Assembly: GCA_965223705.1 (NCBI GenBank)
Contig: OZ245015.1
Coordinates: 2,304,001 to 2,368,000 of the forward strand
DNA length: 64,000 nucleotides
Direction: 5' to 3'
From: Myxococcota bacterium
GTDB lineage: Bacteria; Myxococcota_A; UBA9160; UBA6930
Part shown: positions 44,753 through 54,497 of the stretch, in pieces
How the letters are laid out: each line of letters begins with the position of its first letter
Position numbering within the stretch: the first letter of the stretch is position 1
Translations under genes and position numbers: made by a program
Notes under the pieces: model-generated
Seen by the model: only the letters and a program-made list of their open reading frames with translations
Database searches by the model: none
What the model was told of the DNA's origin: nothing

Positions 44753-45664
44753 ATGGCCGTTGTCGAGAATCCCCGAAGTGCGTTGCCGGCGAAGCTGCGC
44801 GGGCTGCACCTCTTCCACTACGGAGCCGCGCCCTGCCCGCAGCGCGTTCGCTTCCTTCTCGCCGAGAAAGGCATCCGGCGCGCCGCCGATGTCCGCTGGG
44901 ACTCGGAGGCCCGCGAAACCCTCGAAGCGCCCGCCGGGAGCTACATCGCCCGGGCGGTTTCCCTGCCACGGCAGCAGAACCTGACTCCCGGTTACGCCGC
45001 CGTACATCCGCACATGGTGGTCCCTGCCCTGGTTCACGACGGCGTGGTCCACATCGAATCCGTCGAGATCATGAACTACATCCACGACGAGCTGCCGGGC
45101 CCCTCCCTCGTTCCCGATGGCGTCGCGGGAGAAACGTGTCGGCGTCTCATCGCCGAGGCCGCGGCTCTTCAACCTTCTGTTCGACATGTCACGTATCGCT
45201 GGAGTCTCGGCGGAATCGCGAAACTCAAGCCCGAGAAGCAGGCCCAGGTGCGCGCCCTCGACGCTCCGGACTCGCCCGAACAGCTCGGCCGTTTCTACAC
45301 GGATTTCAGCAACGACGAGATTCCCGAACGCGTGTTCGCGGGTCATGTCCTGAAGCTCGAAGCGGGTTTCGGCCGCGTGGACGCGCTCCTCGCAAGCGAC
45401 GGGCGGACTTGGGTCACCGGCGAGCGCTTCTCCATGGCGGACATCCTTTGGTCGGTCAAGACACTTCGTCTGTTCGAGGCGGGCTACCCGTTCGGCGAGC
45501 GCTTTCCGACGTTGTCGGCATGGTTTGACCGGGTTCGGGCGCGCCCGGGTTTTCGCGAAGCGATCTGGCGTGACGTCCGCGTGATGTCCCGCGTCTTTCG
45601 ACTGCGGGGCACGATCCAGAATTACTTCGGCCGTGGTTTGCGTGCCGCGCTGGCCACACCTTAG
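44753..45664 (+). CDS. Glutathione S-transferase family protein
   Basis: LFHYGAAPCPQRVR, PHMVVPALVHDG, ESVEIMNYI, WVTGERFSMADI, RARPGF. Confidence 0.85.
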   Translation: MAVVENPRSALPAKLRGLHLFHYGAAPCPQRVRFLLAEKGIRRAADVRWDSEARETLEAPAGSYIARAVSLPRQQNLTPGYAAVHPHMVVPALVHDGVVHIESVEIMNYIHDELPGPSLVPDGVAGETCRRLIAEAAALQPSVRHVTYRWSLGGIAKLKPEKQAQVRALDAPDSPEQLGRFYTDFSNDEIPERVFAGHVLKLEAGFGRVDALLASDGRTWVTGERFSMADILWSVKTLRLFEAGYPFGERFPTLSAWFDRVRARPGFREAIWRDVRVMSRVFRLRGTIQNYFGRGLRAALATP

Positions 45665-45672
45665 GAGGTGCT

Positions 45673-46341
45673 ATGTCGAAATTGAAAGTCGGTGTCTACC
45701 TGTTCGAAAACATGACCATGCTGGACGGGTTCGCTCCACTGCAGTTCTTCGCGTTCGTCGAGGACTTCGAGACGTTCACGTTCGCCAAGACGCGAGAGCC
45801 GGTACGAGGTGACGCAGGGGCCCTTCTGACCCCCGACTACGGCTTTTCGGATTGTCCGGAGATCGATGTTCTGGTCGTCGGCGGCGGGGGAGACCTGCTG
45901 CCGCAGCTCCGAGATCGCGAGGCGGTCGAGTTCTTGGCGAAAGCGGGTGAAGGCGCGCGCTACGTGACCTCGGTGTGTTCTGGCGCCCTGCTACTTGCGG
46001 AAGCGGGCCTCCTCAAGGGCCACCGCGCCGCGACACATTGGGCCTACACGGAACTCCTCGCCGCATATCCCGACGTCACGGTGGTCGACGAGCGGGTGTG
46101 CGTCGATCGCAATCGCATCACCGGGGGCGGCGTGACGGCGGGAATCGATTTCGCCTTGACGGCGATTGCCGAGATCGCGAACCCCACCGAAGCGCAGGCG
46201 CTCCAGCTGATGTTCGAGTATCGCCCGGCGCCGCCGTTTGATGCGGGATCACCCGAGACGGCACCGCCGGAGATCTCCGCCGCAGTCCGCGCGCGGGCGG
46301 CGGAGATCACCGCGCCGGCGATGGCCCATATCCGCGGTTAG
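45673..46341 (+). CDS. DJ-1/PfpI family protein (isonitrile hydratase-like)
   Basis: TMLD, TSVCSGAL nucleophile Cys, AATHW, TGGGVTAGIDF, EYRPAPPFDAGSP. Confidence 0.9.
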   Translation: MSKLKVGVYLFENMTMLDGFAPLQFFAFVEDFETFTFAKTREPVRGDAGALLTPDYGFSDCPEIDVLVVGGGGDLLPQLRDREAVEFLAKAGEGARYVTSVCSGALLLAEAGLLKGHRAATHWAYTELLAAYPDVTVVDERVCVDRNRITGGGVTAGIDFALTAIAEIANPTEAQALQLMFEYRPAPPFDAGSPETAPPEISAAVRARAAEITAPAMAHIRG

Positions 46342-47435
46342 GCCTGCGCGATGAAGAAGCTGTTCGCGCGATCTTCGCGGACACCGGTGACTTCGATCTC
46401 GGCGAAACCCGCGGCCTTGAGATACTCGATCGTCTTCTGCTCGCCCCACGCGGCGCCGAGTCCCTCACCCCCATAGGCGAGTGAGACCTGCATGCAGTGC
46501 ATGGTCGAGATCGTGTACAGGAACGGTGCCATCGGCTCATCGAGCATGTCGGCGAGATCGCTCGATGCCTTGGGCTCGACGCACAGGTACGTCCCCCCGG
46601 GCCGCAACATGCGGTGGATCGCGGCCAGGACGGTCGCGGGATGCGCCTGATCGTGGATGGCATCGAAGGTCGTCACGAGATCGAAGGCCTGCTCCTCGTT
46701 GAGCTTCGCCGCGTCGGCGACTTCGAATCGGACGTTTTCGACGCCGCGTTCGCGGGCGCGCTCCCGCGCGTCGGCAACGGCCTGCTCGGAGAAGTCGAAT
46801 CCCACGAATTGGCTCTTCGGGAAGGCTTCGGCGAGGAGGCATAGGGCCAAGCCCGTGCCGCACCCGACGTCGGCCACGTCGACGCCGGCGGCCAGCCGCT
46901 CCGCGCCTCCGGGCAAAATCGGAACGACGGCATCGATCAGCGTGCGTTCTTGCCGGTCGCCCGAGGATTGCGCCATCACCTCTTGGAACTGCGGGTACTT
47001 GTCGTAGGGAACGCCACTGGCGTCGGCGAAGGATTTGGCGACGTCGTCCTCGACCCCACCGAAGAGGCCGATGTACTGCGCCTGAACCGCGAGGTTCAGC
47101 GGCCCCGCGCGTCGGGTGACGAGACCGGCGAGCTCCACGGGCAGACGGAAGGTCCCGAGCGTGGGGTCATGCTCGACGAGGCCCGCACACGCCATCGCGG
47201 CGAGCCACTCGCGCACGGGCCGGGGGTGGAGCCCCGCCTTCTCGGCGATGCCCTCGGGTGTCGCCGCCGGGGCGCCGTCCATCGAATCGAACAGGCCGGT
47301 CTTGTGGCCGATGCTCACCATCAGCCCCATCGCACCGGAGTTCAGGATTCCCACCATCTGTTGGAGAAATGCCTTCGAACGCGCCTTGTCGAATTCGGGC
47401 GTTCCGTCTTGAGAATGGTCGCTTGCAGTAGCCAT
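46338..47435 (-). CDS. Class I SAM-dependent methyltransferase with N-terminal wHTH (Rv2258c-like)
   Basis: VREWLAAM, VADVGCGTG, FDAIHDQAHP, HCMQVSL..GGEGLGAAWGE. Confidence 0.9.
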   Translation of the reverse strand: MATASDHSQDGTPEFDKARSKAFLQQMVGILNSGAMGLMVSIGHKTGLFDSMDGAPAATPEGIAEKAGLHPRPVREWLAAMACAGLVEHDPTLGTFRLPVELAGLVTRRAGPLNLAVQAQYIGLFGGVEDDVAKSFADASGVPYDKYPQFQEVMAQSSGDRQERTLIDAVVPILPGGAERLAAGVDVADVGCGTGLALCLLAEAFPKSQFVGFDFSEQAVADARERARERGVENVRFEVADAAKLNEEQAFDLVTTFDAIHDQAHPATVLAAIHRMLRPGGTYLCVEPKASSDLADMLDEPMAPFLYTISTMHCMQVSLAYGGEGLGAAWGEQKTIEYLKAAGFAEIEVTGVREDRANSFFIAQA

Positions 47436-47516
47436 CGGGTCCTCGCATTAGTGGGTCGCCCGGGGATGCTACCGTCGATCGACCGAGACGCGACGCTCAT
47501 CGGGAGAAAGAGGGCC

Positions 47517-48593
47517 ATGTACGAACACGCACCGATTCGGGTCCGGGGGGACATTGCCGCAGCGCATCGTGCGATTTGGGACGCCCTGGCTCGCCCGGGG
47601 ACCTGGTGGACTTCCACAGAGCGAATCGGAATCGCCCGGGAGGCGCGACGCGCCCGGGCGCGGCACGGCTTGGCGCCGATGCCGGACGAACCGCAGGAGC
47701 CGTCGCTCCCCGCCGTAGCGATCGAGGTCGCACAGCGCGTCGGCGGCGATCCTGCCACCCTGGACGAAGGGTGGTTTCGCGGAGTGGCCGGCCGGCTATT
47801 GGACGCGGAGTACGTCGAACTCGTCGCCGTCGTCGTGCAGACCGTGAGCGTCGACGTCTTTTGTCGAGCAATCGGCGTTGCCCTCCACCCCTACCCAGCG
47901 CCGGGGCCCGGCTCGCCGAGCTGTCAGCGTCCCGTCACGGCGGTCGAAGAAGAGGCGTGGGTGCCGACGATTCCCTCCGGAAAGGCCGGTGGCGACGCCG
48001 GGCGCGATCTCTACGGCGACACGCCCATGCCGAACGTGATCCGCGCCCTGAGCCTCGTGCCGAACGACGCGGGACTCGCCCTGCAGCAATGCGTCGCGCA
48101 ATACCTCGAGATCCCCCAGGTCCTCGACGCCTCCTACGAACCGGGTCGGGGGCTGTCGCGGGCCCAGATCGAATTGATCGCGGGCCGGGTCTCCGCGATC
48201 AACGAATGCTTCTACTGAACGTCTTCACACGCGTGGCTGCTCCGTGCGAGTGGCGAACAGCAGGGAACACCGTTCGATCCGCGGGCGGTCGCGACCCCGG
48301 GACTCGACGGTGGGATTCCCCACGGCGACGTGCTGATCGAGTTCGCAAACGCCGTGATGGGAGAGGACGGCGATCGGCTCGCACGGGCGCGCGATGCGGT
48401 GTGCGAAGCCGTTGGGGATGCCGGCTTTCACGAGGCCGCCGCAACCGCCGCGAACTTCAACCAAATGGACCGCATCGCGGATGCGACGGGCATTCCCCTC
48501 GACAGCGGCGGGCGTCAGGTGATGGCGGCGCTCGGCAGGGAGATCGGCGCCGATCGCTTTGCTTCGGCAAAGAACACCCTGCAGCGGTTGTAG
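47517..48593 (+). CDS. AhpD-like selenoprotein (358 aa, CxxU, Sec at codon 234)
   Basis: The ORF ending ECFY-TGA (48216-48218) continues in frame with no other stop (TSSHAWLLRASG...NFNQMDRIADATG) to TAG 48593; the TGA sits at the second Cys of the AhpD CxxCxxxH motif; hairpin immediately 3'. Confidence 0.85.
48225..48253 (+). promoter_or_regulatory. Putative bacterial SECIS element
   Basis: TCAC-A-CGCGTGG / CTGCT loop / CCGTGCG-A-GTGG stem starting 7 nt after the in-frame TGA. Confidence 0.65.
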
Positions 48594-48675
48594 GCAGTTT
48601 TCTCAATGAGTACAGCCGCTTAGGTTATAATGGCAGACCGAGTCGCCCATCGGCTCCCCTTCCCACGCTAACGAC

Positions 48676-49356
48676 TTGAAGGTGTTCGCATTGAGCTACG
48701 CGTCTATTTCGGTTTCCCTCCTGCTCCTTGTGGGGGTTTTGTCGGGGTGCGGCGCACCTCCTTCGTTGTTCGAGCTGACGGAGAAGGCTGCGGCGGAAGG
48801 GGATGCCGTCGCCCAGTACAACTTCGCGCTCATGAACAATTTCGGGAACGGCGTCGAGCAGAACACCGGAGCCGCCGTCGAGTGGTTCAAGAAAGCCGCG
48901 GATCAAGGGCATACGGAAGCGCAGTATCACTTGGCCAAGGCCTACGAGACGGGCAACGGTACGGCGGCGGACCCCGGAGAAGCTGTGAAGTGGTACGAGC
49001 TCGCGGCAAAAGAAGGCAACGCCGAAGCGCAGTTCGCGCTCGGTAAGCTGCTCGACCCCGCCGATCCGGATGCCGACGGCGCGCAGTGGTTTCGCGCGGC
49101 CGCTGAGCAGGACCACGCGGCGGCGCAGTACCGGCTCGGCCGCCTCTACCGAGAGAACGCGCGCGGTCCCGACGATTACGTCGAGGCCTATTTCTGGCTT
49201 CGGCTCGCGGCCGATTTCGACGATCGCGCCTACAAGGTCCTCGAAGAGATGGTGGCCTTCCAGCGCGATGAGGACGGCGAGTTCATCATCGGGCGTTTTC
49301 AGATCAAAGAGGCCAAGGCGAAGATCAAGGCTTGGTTGGAGGCACGGTCTCAATGA
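48676..49356 (+). CDS. Sel1-repeat (SLR) lipoprotein
   Basis: Lipobox LSGC; repeats AQYNFA, WFKKAADQGH-AQYHLA, WYELAAKEGN-AQFALG, AQYRLG; TATAAT at 48626-48631 upstream. Confidence 0.88.
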   Translation: MKVFALSYASISVSLLLLVGVLSGCGAPPSLFELTEKAAAEGDAVAQYNFALMNNFGNGVEQNTGAAVEWFKKAADQGHTEAQYHLAKAYETGNGTAADPGEAVKWYELAAKEGNAEAQFALGKLLDPADPDADGAQWFRAAAEQDHAAAQYRLGRLYRENARGPDDYVEAYFWLRLAADFDDRAYKVLEEMVAFQRDEDGEFIIGRFQIKEAKAKIKAWLEARSQ

Positions 49357-50231
49357 GTTTTTCGGGCGCGGCAAAGCTTCTCGGCGTGTTGGCCATTGTC
49401 CTGAGCGTCGCCGGCGCCGGTCTCGCCAACCTGCGGATCATGCAACCCGCGGCGGGCTTTGGCCTCTTCATGCTCGGCCTCCTGCTCGGCCTCGTCGCAT
49501 TCGTGCTGGCGTGCTTCGCGATCGCCCGGGCCGGTAAGCTCGGGGTGCCGCGGCGCAACGCCGCCGCGGGTTTCGTGCTCGGGCTTCTCGTGGTGTTTTT
49601 CGTCACGAGCCTCATTGTCACGCGCGGCTTTCGCACGACGCCCCAAGAATGTTCGGATCTGCCGTCCTGTGCGATGGCGGGGGTCGATGCGTTCTATGCC
49701 GCCGCCTATCGGCCGGCCGAGTTCGCGACAGAGCAGTTGCGGGAGTTTTCCCCGATCAACGACATCTCGACCGATCTCGACAACCCGCCGGAATTTACGG
49801 TGGCGCCGGTCAAGGGCGGCGACTGGTCTCTCCCCGACGCCTCCCGGCAGCGGCAGCCCGAGGCGTATCCCGACATCACAACGGTCTTCGCCGGCGGTCA
49901 ACCGACAGAGAACTACCCGATCGTCCTCGATGTCGCGCGCGAGAAGGGTTGGACGATTCTCGTGCAACGGCCGGATTTCTTCGCGTTCGAAGCGACGGCC
50001 GAAACCGGCATGTTCCGCTTCGTCGACGATATCTCGGTGCGAATGTACGCCTCGCCGCGCTGCCCGCGTCCGATGAACGGCCGCTGCAACAGCACGGCGG
50101 TCGACATCCGCTCGAAATCGCGTGATGGCGTGAGCGACATCGGCAAGAACGCCGCCCGAATTCGAGAGTTCACACGGCGGATCCGCGAGCTCACAGTAGA
50201 GAGCGCACCTCCGCGAGAACCGACCCCCTAG
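49353..50231 (+). CDS. DUF1499-domain membrane protein
   Basis: Three TM segments, PINDISTDLDNPPEF, AYPDI, FRFVDD, DIRSKSRDGVSDIGKNAARI. Confidence 0.88.
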   Translation: MSFSGAAKLLGVLAIVLSVAGAGLANLRIMQPAAGFGLFMLGLLLGLVAFVLACFAIARAGKLGVPRRNAAAGFVLGLLVVFFVTSLIVTRGFRTTPQECSDLPSCAMAGVDAFYAAAYRPAEFATEQLREFSPINDISTDLDNPPEFTVAPVKGGDWSLPDASRQRQPEAYPDITTVFAGGQPTENYPIVLDVAREKGWTILVQRPDFFAFEATAETGMFRFVDDISVRMYASPRCPRPMNGRCNSTAVDIRSKSRDGVSDIGKNAARIREFTRRIRELTVESAPPREPTP

Positions 50232-50248
50232 CACACAAGAGGAAAGCG

Positions 50249-50734
50249 ATGGACCCGGAAATCGCCGCGCGACTCGAGGCTTTGGAGACAGAAGTGAAAG
50301 AGCTTCGCGACCGTGAAGCGATCCGGAGTCTCCGCTTTCGCTACCACGAGTGCATCAACAGCGAAACGCTAGCGGCGATTCCGGACCTCTTTACTGAGGA
50401 CGCCGTCCTCGACTTCGACTATCTCGGTCAGGCCAGCGGGCGTGCTGAGATCGCCGGGTTCTTTTCCCGCGTCGACAGCCTGCTCTCCTTCGTACGGCAA
50501 TTCATGCATAACCACGAGATCCGGATCTCGGGGGATTCGGGCACGGGTTACGCCTACCTCGAGGCGAAGACGATCTCTGCCGGCGACGCCTATTTCGTTG
50601 CTGCGCGTTACGACGATGAGTACGTGCGGCAGGACGGGGCGTGGAAGTTCAAGAAAATGTCGCTGACGCCGTACTTCACGGTTCCGTTCAAAGAGGGTTG
50701 GGCCCAGGAAAACCGCCTCAAGATGGGTCGCTAG
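50249..50734 (+). CDS. SnoaL-like/NTF2-fold protein (LinA/BaiE-like)
   Basis: LRDREAIRSLRFRY, LFTEDA, HNHEI, ARYDDEYVRQDGAWKF. Confidence 0.85.
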   Translation: MDPEIAARLEALETEVKELRDREAIRSLRFRYHECINSETLAAIPDLFTEDAVLDFDYLGQASGRAEIAGFFSRVDSLLSFVRQFMHNHEIRISGDSGTGYAYLEAKTISAGDAYFVAARYDDEYVRQDGAWKFKKMSLTPYFTVPFKEGWAQENRLKMGR

Positions 50735-51702
50735 CGCTCGGCCCCCCCGTCCGGATCCGACAACCGCACGAGGCCTCGTTTGGGCCGATCGTCCATCACC
50801 ATCCAGAGGAGCTCCGGGCGGGCGTAGTGCCCTGCTCCGTCGAGCCACGTCTTGACGTCGCGGAGCTCGGCGAGATCGATCTCCGCGGTGAGGAGAGCTT
50901 CCTCCTCCCCCGTGTGGGGGCCCGCCAGATCCGCCGTGAACGGATGGATGATCGCCGACCATCCGCCGCCGGACTTGAGGAGCGCCTGGGGCCCGAGCTC
51001 GCTCTCGAGAAACGGGATCACGTCCGGGCCGACGGGGCTCGAGGCGCACACGACGAAACACTGACCCGTCAGCGCGTGGCTTCTCATCATCGCGTCGATC
51101 TGGCGATCGGCAACGGCTTCGAAGCCGGCCATGGTCGACAGTGACGGCCAGGCGCCCACGTGGAGCTCGATCCCCTGCTCCACCAGCGCTTGGCGCGCGA
51201 GGTTCATCGTGTGCTCCCAGCACGCGAGCCCGCCGACCCTACCGACCGAGCTTTCAAAGACGCTGAGTGTCGACGCGTCGCCGCGACCCCAGACGTAGCG
51301 CTCCGCGTACGTCGGTTGGAGCTTGCGGTGGACTCCGAGGAGACGACCGTCCGCTTCGATGAAGGCGATGGCGTTGTAGAGTGTGCCTCCTGCTCGCTCC
51401 GTAAACCCGAGCGCGACCGCGACGCCGGATTCTCTCGCCGCCTGCTGCACTTGCTGCATCGGAGCGCCGTCGGCCTCGATTGCGGCGTCGTGGTAGCGCC
51501 GGTTGAGAGCTCCTTGCACGAGGGGCGGGTAGCAGTTGATCCAATAGGGGAAGCCGGGAACGAAGACCTCCGGAAACGCCACGAACTGAACGCCTGCGTC
51601 TCCGGCCCGCGCGATCCAACGGGTCGCCTTATCAATCGTGGCGTCGGTGTCCATGAAGACCGGCGCTACGTGTGCCGCCGCGATTTTTCGCACGGGGCTC
51701 AT
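50731..51702 (-). CDS. Nitrilase (carbon-nitrogen hydrolase)
   Basis: E-K-C triad: FPEVFVPGFP, HRKLQPTYAER, GGLACWEH; GHYARP; start re-assigned to ATG 51702. Confidence 0.92.
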   Translation of the reverse strand: MSPVRKIAAAHVAPVFMDTDATIDKATRWIARAGDAGVQFVAFPEVFVPGFPYWINCYPPLVQGALNRRYHDAAIEADGAPMQQVQQAARESGVAVALGFTERAGGTLYNAIAFIEADGRLLGVHRKLQPTYAERYVWGRGDASTLSVFESSVGRVGGLACWEHTMNLARQALVEQGIELHVGAWPSLSTMAGFEAVADRQIDAMMRSHALTGQCFVVCASSPVGPDVIPFLESELGPQALLKSGGGWSAIIHPFTADLAGPHTGEEEALLTAEIDLAELRDVKTWLDGAGHYARPELLWMVMDDRPKRGLVRLSDPDGGAER

Positions 51703-52571
51703 CGCTTTTCCTCGCCGCTCCCCGGCAGACGAAAGACCCTGAGCGCATTCTCTCGCAGCAACTTGGCCCGCGGACCGTCGCGGAGCTTCAACCCGTCGAT
51801 CTCTCTCATCGCCCGTTCGGGATCGATGACCGGCCAGTCGGTTCCGAAGAGGACTTTGTCCTGTCCAAAGGAGTCCGCGTAGCGAAGGAACGCCTCTGGC
51901 CAATGGCGCGGGGCGTGCGCATCCGATCCGATGAACACGTTCTCGTGTTTCCACGCCATCGCGATCATCTCTTCCGTCCAGGGGATCCCGATGTGGATGC
52001 CGATGAGGCGCAGCTCGGGAAAGTCGCATGCGACAGAATCGAGGCAAATGGGCCGCCCCACGCTGCGGAGTCGGCGGTCCCGCTGATAGTTCAGGCTCTG
52101 TCCCACCTGCATCATGATCGGGATATCGAGTTCGCAACACTTGGCGTAGTAGGGGTAGACGCGCGCGTGATCGGGCGGAAGCTCGAACCAATGCGGATAG
52201 AAGTGCGCACCGACAAAGCCCTCTTCGCGCACGGCCCACTCGAGCTCGCGCAGGCCTTCCATGCCGCGGGTGGGGTCGACGCCGGCCAATCCGGAAAACC
52301 GGTCGGGATGTTTTCGGCACACCTCCGCGACGTACGCGTACGGAATCTCGAATGATCCCCGTACTCGCAAGTCGCCGCCTCGGACGGCGATGAGCAGCGA
52401 GCGTTCGATCCCTGCGCGATCCATGCGCGCCAAATAATCGTCGATCGACACACCCGCTCGGAGCGCTTCGGGAAACCGGATCTGGTCGAGGAACTCGGGA
52501 TCGAGTCCGGTGCGGCTCTCGCGGACTTCGCGTTCTGTGAAGAGGTTGCAGACGGTATCGATTGCGCGCAT
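51699..52571 (-). CDS. Amidohydrolase_2 family protein
   Basis: RFSGLAGVDP, YPYYAKCCELD, HIGIPW, KVLFGTDWP, ENALRVF; start ATG 52571. Confidence 0.88.
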   Translation of the reverse strand: MRAIDTVCNLFTEREVRESRTGLDPEFLDQIRFPEALRAGVSIDDYLARMDRAGIERSLLIAVRGGDLRVRGSFEIPYAYVAEVCRKHPDRFSGLAGVDPTRGMEGLRELEWAVREEGFVGAHFYPHWFELPPDHARVYPYYAKCCELDIPIMMQVGQSLNYQRDRRLRSVGRPICLDSVACDFPELRLIGIHIGIPWTEEMIAMAWKHENVFIGSDAHAPRHWPEAFLRYADSFGQDKVLFGTDWPVIDPERAMREIDGLKLRDGPRAKLLRENALRVFRLPGSGEEKR

Positions 52572-52634
52572 GGCTCGAGCATACCCCGCGCTGGCTCGCA
52601 CGGGATGGTACGCTCACGAAAAAGAGGCGTTGCG

Positions 52635-53981
52635 ATGGCTGTTGTACGTCGAGAAGCGGACTATCTGATCGTCGGCGCGGGTGCCATGGGGATGGCTTTC
52701 GCGGATGTGGTTCTCAAGGAGCAACCCACTGCGACGATCGCCATGGTGGATCGCCACGCTCACGCCGGGGGGCACTGGAACGACGCGTACCCCTTCGTTT
52801 TCCTTCACCAACCGGCGGCCTTCTACGGCGTAACCTCCGAGAAGCTCGGCAGCGGCGGCTCCGAGCTAGCCTCTCGTTCGGAAATTCTCGCGTACTACGA
52901 GCGCGTCCTGCACAAGTTTGAGTCGACGGGGCGATTCGAGTTCTTTCCGACGAGTGAACACCACGCCGATGGTTCGATCACATCGCGGATCGATCCCGCC
53001 CGCCGCATCGAGATCGCGGTTCGAGACCGGCTCGTCGATGCGACCTACCTGAACGTTCAGGTGCCCTCGATTCGGCCGCCCCAATATGAGGTCGATGACG
53101 GCGTTCCAATCCTAGCGATCAACGGACTGGCCAAGATCCACGAGCCCTATGACGCGTACGTCGTTGTCGGCGCAGGGAAGACCGGCATTGACGCCGTGCT
53201 GTTCCTCATCGATCAGGGGGTCGATGCGGGTCAGATTCGGTGGATCGTTCCGAATGACTCCTGGTTTCTCGATCGCCCCCAGATTCAGCCGGGGCGGATC
53301 GTGGACTTCTTCGTCGCGCCGTTCGACATCGTGTTGAGATGCGACTCCGTCGACGAAGTCTTCCACGAACTCGAGGCCGACGGGCAGCTCCTCCGACTCG
53401 ATGACAACGAATGGCCCACGAAATACCGCTGCGCCACCGTGAACGGCGAAGAGCTCGAGAAGTTACGCGAGGTAGGAGAAATCGTTCGTCTCGGGCGCGT
53501 GCGGCGCATCCGCCGCGATGTCATCGAGCTCGAGCGAGGAAGCGTTCCGAGCCGCGAAAAGACGCTCTACGTGGATTGCACAGCCGACGGCCTGGCGCGA
53601 CGTCCGGTCCGCCCCGTCTTCGAGAAAGGCCGCATCACGCTCCAGTCACTCACCATGTGTCAACAGGTGTTCAGTGCGTCGGTCATCGGACATGTGGCCG
53701 GGATGCGCACGGACGACGCCGACCGGAACGGACTCTGTGGGCCGGTGCCTCACCCGGAGGTGCCCGCGGATTTTCTGCGCTGTATGCACGGGACCTTCAC
53801 GAACGCGCGAAAGTGGGCGCGGCGCATACCGTGGTTTCTCGACCGGAATCGTTTGAACTTCGGACACCACGATTCCCTCGTACGGAGGATTCAGCTCGGG
53901 TGGATCCTCCATCGCGTGGTGCCCGGGGTGATCGAGCGCTGCGAGAGCATCCTCTCGAAGGAAGGCGTTCCGGTCGGCTAG
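52635..53981 (+). CDS. NAD(P)/FAD-dependent oxidoreductase
   Basis: DYLIVGAGAMG, GGHWNDAYPFV-LHQP, second Rossmann GAGKTG. Confidence 0.85.
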   Translation: MAVVRREADYLIVGAGAMGMAFADVVLKEQPTATIAMVDRHAHAGGHWNDAYPFVFLHQPAAFYGVTSEKLGSGGSELASRSEILAYYERVLHKFESTGRFEFFPTSEHHADGSITSRIDPARRIEIAVRDRLVDATYLNVQVPSIRPPQYEVDDGVPILAINGLAKIHEPYDAYVVVGAGKTGIDAVLFLIDQGVDAGQIRWIVPNDSWFLDRPQIQPGRIVDFFVAPFDIVLRCDSVDEVFHELEADGQLLRLDDNEWPTKYRCATVNGEELEKLREVGEIVRLGRVRRIRRDVIELERGSVPSREKTLYVDCTADGLARRPVRPVFEKGRITLQSLTMCQQVFSASVIGHVAGMRTDDADRNGLCGPVPHPEVPADFLRCMHGTFTNARKWARRIPWFLDRNRLNFGHHDSLVRRIQLGWILHRVVPGVIERCESILSKEGVPVG

Positions 53982-53993
53982 GGACGAAGCCGA

Positions 53994-54467
53994 TTAGGCG
54001 GGAGGGTGATCGAGCAGATCGAGGACCGGCGCGATGGCGTCTTCCGACCGGCCGCGGAGTTCGCGGGCCGTGAATTCCTGAATCGCGACTTCGTGCGCGG
54101 TGACCCGCGCGAGCAACGTTCGGTCGCTTTCGGGGGCCATGGATTCGAGCTTTTCGAAGAAACGAACGTACTTGGGCAACGCCGCGTCGAGCCAACGGAC
54201 GGTCGCCGCAAATCCCTTGGGGGCCCATTCGGCGGCTTCTGCGCGGCCGCGCTCGGCGTTTCGGGGGTCCTCTTCGACCTCGCCTCCGAGCGCTGCAACA
54301 AGCGGTTTGAGACGCTCCTTCGTCTCGGTCTCGAGCTGCGCGAGAGCGCTCCATTTGAAGCGGTGTTTCGAGTCGTCCGTGCGAGCAGCCAGCTCGCGAA
54401 ACAATGCCTCCCCGTGGAACTCACCCTGGTAGGATTGACAGACCCGCTTTCGGTAGTCGTCGTTCAT
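53994..54467 (-). CDS. Helical hypothetical protein, possibly ferritin-like
   Basis: YQGEFHGE, LAQLE and AHE in an all-helical sequence; downstream of the BLUF gene. Confidence 0.55.
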   Translation of the reverse strand: MNDDYRKRVCQSYQGEFHGEALFRELAARTDDSKHRFKWSALAQLETETKERLKPLVAALGGEVEEDPRNAERGRAEAAEWAPKGFAATVRWLDAALPKYVRFFEKLESMAPESDRTLLARVTAHEVAIQEFTARELRGRSEDAIAPVLDLLDHPPA

Positions 54468-54497
54468 GCCTCGGAGGCTACCAGAAATCGCGCCCAC

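Noticed and set aside
48216..48218. Premature stop suggesting a pseudogene or two separate genes
   Set aside because: The TGA coincides with the catalytic Cys position, the frame stays open and protein-like, and a hairpin follows; selenocysteine is the better explanation
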